28,386 bases of DNA. Origin: Polyangia bacterium (GTDB lineage: Bacteria > Myxococcota_A > Polyangia > Polyangiales > Polyangiaceae). This document shows positions 25,787 to 28,386 of this stretch, piece by piece. The notes under the pieces were generated by a model that was not told the origin of the DNA, searched no databases, and saw nothing but the letters and a program-made list of their open reading frames with translations. Where the stretch lies: the NCBI GenBank assembly GCA_030430975.1, contig JAUIKB010000001.1:1-28386 (forward strand), given 5' to 3'. The stretch's first letter is position 1. Each line of letters begins with the position of its first letter. The position numbers and the translations under genes were made by a program.

Positions 25787-25936
25787 CTGAAATCCTCGGA
25801 CCGCGGCCAATACCACGGCCCTCCGGGTACGCGCTGGCCGTTTCGAAACCTCGACCATCGCGAGATTCATCTGGTCAGGCGCTCCTGACGCAGAGTCGCA
25901 GGGCCGCCGCATCGGCCCGCAGTCGGCCGCATACGG

Positions 25937-25942
25937 TACGCT
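25937..25942 (+). promoter_or_regulatory. Putative -10 box (TACGCT), 7 nt before ATG 25950 (leaderless)
   Basis: TANNNT-N7-ATG; no SD. Confidence 0.5.
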
Positions 25943-25949
25943 GCCGGCG

Positions 25950-27623
25950 ATGAGCGACCGAGCACCTCCCGCAGCTCGCGCCGCGGTAGCCGGCGGGATC
26001 GTGCTGTTTCTGATCTTGAAGGCGTATGCACTCAACCCCTCGGTCAGCGACGAGAACATTTATTTCTATATGGCCCTCCGCGCATCCGAAGGTGCCGTTC
26101 CGTATCGCGACTTTTTCTTCGCCCATCCGCCGCTGCATCTGGTCCCGGCGATCATGCTCGCCAAGCTGGCCGGGTTTCACCTCACCGCGTTCAAAGCGCT
26201 CCCCGCACTTGCCACCGCGGCCAGCGGCTGGTTGGTCTGGCGAATAGGCCGTCTCACGTTGGGCGCGCTCGAGGCTGCAACTGCCGCACTCTTGTTCCTG
26301 TTCTCCTACGACGTGCTGCGTGCATCGAGTCACTTCACCGGCGCGAACTTCGCCGTGCTGCTTTTGCTCGGCGGCTACTTTTGCGCTCTGACCAAACGAC
26401 ACGTGGCCGCCGGCGTGTGCATGGCCTGCGCCACCATGACAGCCCTCTACACCGTTCCCGCTTGCCTGACGCTGCTAGCGCTGCAGTGTCGCCGGGATCG
26501 CATAGCTGGACAACGAATGGCGCTTTCGGCAGCGGCTTGTTTGACCGCCATCGTCACGGCGTGCGCGATAGTCGCCGGCAGTGGATTTTTCGAGCAGGTA
26601 TTTTCCTATCATCTGCACAAACCTGAGAAACCGGGCTCGTTTCTCCGCACAGCCACGGCCATCTGCGTCCCCAACTCACTGTTGGTTTGGGGCGCGCCTC
26701 TGGCTGGCGTGATCATGGCCCTACGGGCGCGCCGGAAGTTGGCGCACCCACCGCCGCACCACGCATCAGCCGGCACGTTGACTGCCGCCAGCGCTGTCGG
26801 ACTAGCCACGCTCCTGCTCTTGGCATCCGGCGCGCGCTCCTTCCCCTACTACTTCACCGTAACATTCCCGTTCCTCGCTTTGCTGGGTGGCTTCAGCTAC
26901 GGCACCGTGCTGCGGACGAGCCGGCACGCATGGCTAGGGGGCAGCACCGACGCCAAGCTCAAACGGCCAAAGAGCCGACGCCGCTCGACCGCTCGACGCC
27001 CCAGCACTCGCGCCACCCGCTGCGTCGCTTTGGGGCTGGTCGTCGCGTGCTTTGGCGCCGAAGCGACGCGCCGATTGGCGCTTGAGCGAGTGTCCTGGCA
27101 CGCGCAAATCGGAGAACAGCGCCTCTACCGTTGGCGCGACGCGGCGGGCTTACCGGACTGGATAAACGACGCCGTGAGGGCGGTTCTGTGGGCGGACACC
27201 CGCGAAGCCGGAGCCTGGAGCCCGAGCGTTACCCGCTACCTTTGGCACGAAACGCGGCGTCTGACGGCCGCGGACCGGCTGCGTCGCGAAGCGGTTCGTC
27301 TCTCGTTACCCAACGAGACGCTCTTCGGCGATAGCAACGTCGCTCCGCTCGTCGCATTGCTGGCCAACCGACACATCGCGCTCGACGAGGCGGATACCAA
27401 CACGATGCGGTTCCGCTCGGGCACAACGTCACTGCCAGAGCTATTGGCTCGTCTCGAGCAACAGCCGCCGGAGGTGGTGATACTCAACCCGCGGCGGGGC
27501 ATCGCGACCATGCCGGAGCTGCGAGTCTGGGTGAAGCGGCACTACGCGCGTTTCGCGAAGGTCACGGACCCCACGAGCGGCGCATACATGATCTATGAAC
27601 GCCGCGGACGCTCACGCCCGTGA
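25950..27623 (+). CDS. Polytopic GT-C-fold glycosyltransferase (ArnT/PMT-like, family 39/83-like)
   Basis: First-loop DE motif SDENIYFYMA...GAVPYRDFFFAHPPL. About 10-11 hydrophobic segments, a YHLHK loop, FPYYF, and a C-terminal soluble domain (ETLFGD...PPEVVILN). Confidence 0.8.
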   Translation: MSDRAPPAARAAVAGGIVLFLILKAYALNPSVSDENIYFYMALRASEGAVPYRDFFFAHPPLHLVPAIMLAKLAGFHLTAFKALPALATAASGWLVWRIGRLTLGALEAATAALLFLFSYDVLRASSHFTGANFAVLLLLGGYFCALTKRHVAAGVCMACATMTALYTVPACLTLLALQCRRDRIAGQRMALSAAACLTAIVTACAIVAGSGFFEQVFSYHLHKPEKPGSFLRTATAICVPNSLLVWGAPLAGVIMALRARRKLAHPPPHHASAGTLTAASAVGLATLLLLASGARSFPYYFTVTFPFLALLGGFSYGTVLRTSRHAWLGGSTDAKLKRPKSRRRSTARRPSTRATRCVALGLVVACFGAEATRRLALERVSWHAQIGEQRLYRWRDAAGLPDWINDAVRAVLWADTREAGAWSPSVTRYLWHETRRLTAADRLRREAVRLSLPNETLFGDSNVAPLVALLANRHIALDEADTNTMRFRSGTTSLPELLARLEQQPPEVVILNPRRGIATMPELRVWVKRHYARFAKVTDPTSGAYMIYERRGRSRP

Positions 27624-27646
27624 GTGAGTCCGCGCGGCGCTCACTC
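27622..27646. terminator. Inverted repeat GAGTGAG-N11-CTCACTC spanning the stops of two convergent genes (possible bidirectional hairpin)
   Basis: 7-bp perfect stem overlapping both stop codons; no U-tract. Confidence 0.3.
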
Positions 27647-28384
27647 CTCCTCGGACGCTGCGTCGGCCGGTGGCGGCGCAGCGGAAGGGCGAGCTTTCTG
27701 GATTCCGATTCGCTTGCGTGCTGAGGGGCTGAGCGTCACAGCGATGAAGTCGTGGACGTCGATCCAGTCCTCAGGCGGGCACCCGAGCGTCGTCAGCTCT
27801 TCTTCGATGGCCTGAACCATGGTGATGAGGCGCTCGTAGGCCAAACCGGTTGGCTTCTTTCCGAGCTCCAGATTAGGCGCCATCCAGCGCGCTTGCGTCG
27901 CAAAGGTCGTTGCGCTCGCACATACGTGTTGCTTGGGGTGAACCAGCGCGGGGACCGCCGTGGCTAACGTCCAAGACACGGTCTGCCGAGACGCGTTCAG
28001 AGCGCCGATCCATGCCTGCATGGCTTTGGCCGCTTTCAGCTCTCCGTACAACAACTCCAGAAGCGTTTCGGCGGCGCGATCGGTGGCGGCCTCGTCGAGG
28101 CACAAGAGCGGTTTGAACTGGCTTTTGGTGACCAGAGACGTCGCGCTCAGCACCGTGCGCACGCGCTCCATCACCTCCGCGTGCTGACCCTTGGCGATCA
28201 AGTCGGTTAGGATTTCCTTGCTGAGTTGCTCTTGCGCGTCGGCGATCGCAGCGTTGCGGTGGCGTTTGACACGCTTGCCCTGACTTCCGCGGTACTTCTT
28301 TTGCCACGTCTCGCCAGCAAACGCGCCGGGGAACTGTTGATTGAGAAAATCGACTTGCTCTTGAAAGGTGACGACCGGCTCTGA
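27641..28384 (-). CDS. Conserved hypothetical protein (partial, runs off the right edge)
   Basis: The frame of the 27641..28201 ORF stays open for 61 more codons to the window end (SEPVVTFQEQVDFLNQQFPGAFAGETWQKKYRG...). Motifs VSWTLATAVPALVHP and DWIDVHDFI resemble the helical C-terminal region of some DUF3553-containing proteins (from memory, low confidence). Confidence 0.6.
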   Translation of the reverse strand, partial: SEPVVTFQEQVDFLNQQFPGAFAGETWQKKYRGSQGKRVKRHRNAAIADAQEQLSKEILTDLIAKGQHAEVMERVRTVLSATSLVTKSQFKPLLCLDEAATDRAAETLLELLYGELKAAKAMQAWIGALNASRQTVSWTLATAVPALVHPKQHVCASATTFATQARWMAPNLELGKKPTGLAYERLITMVQAIEEELTTLGCPPEDWIDVHDFIAVTLSPSARKRIGIQKARPSAAPPPADAASEEE

Positions 28385-28386
28385 AG

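Noticed and set aside
1-28386. tRNA, rRNA, IS/transposase, integrase or prophage genes
   Set aside because: No supporting motifs or structures seen; the intergenic gaps are short (all under ~240 bp) and largely explained by promoters.

Overview
High-GC window with no RNA genes, CRISPR arrays or mobile elements that I can support. The gene content points to a myxobacterium, probably Polyangiales/Sorangiineae-like (inference): MYXO-CTERM proteins, Gly-rich-linker lipoproteins with vWA or IgGFc-binding domains, a kinase-STAND-TPR protein and lysS-lolC/E-lolD synteny. There are about 19 CDSs. Left block (+): a partial cupin gene, a multi-TM protein ending in a catalytically dead sigma54-activator-like AAA domain, a Ser/Thr kinase-pseudo-cyclase-STAND-TPR protein, two coupled hypothetical genes tentatively resembling FtsH-ternary conflict-system domains, and a secreted protein with EF-hand-like loops. 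Central block (-): a MoxR ATPase with no adjacent vWA partner, then a tightly coupled four-gene operon (ribbon-helix-helix protein with a histone-H1-like tail, two tandem DUF2330/MYXO-CTERM paralogs, a pentaheme cytochrome c-TPR lipoprotein), then a vWA lipoprotein. Right block: a stand-alone astA, an IgGFc-binding lipoprotein, lolD, lolC/E, lysS, a GT-C glycosyltransferase and a partial hypothetical gene. A TANNNT -10 box sits 6-9 nt before the start codon of at least 7 genes, suggesting widespread leaderless transcription. Family assignments come from motif recognition by eye; no database searches were run.
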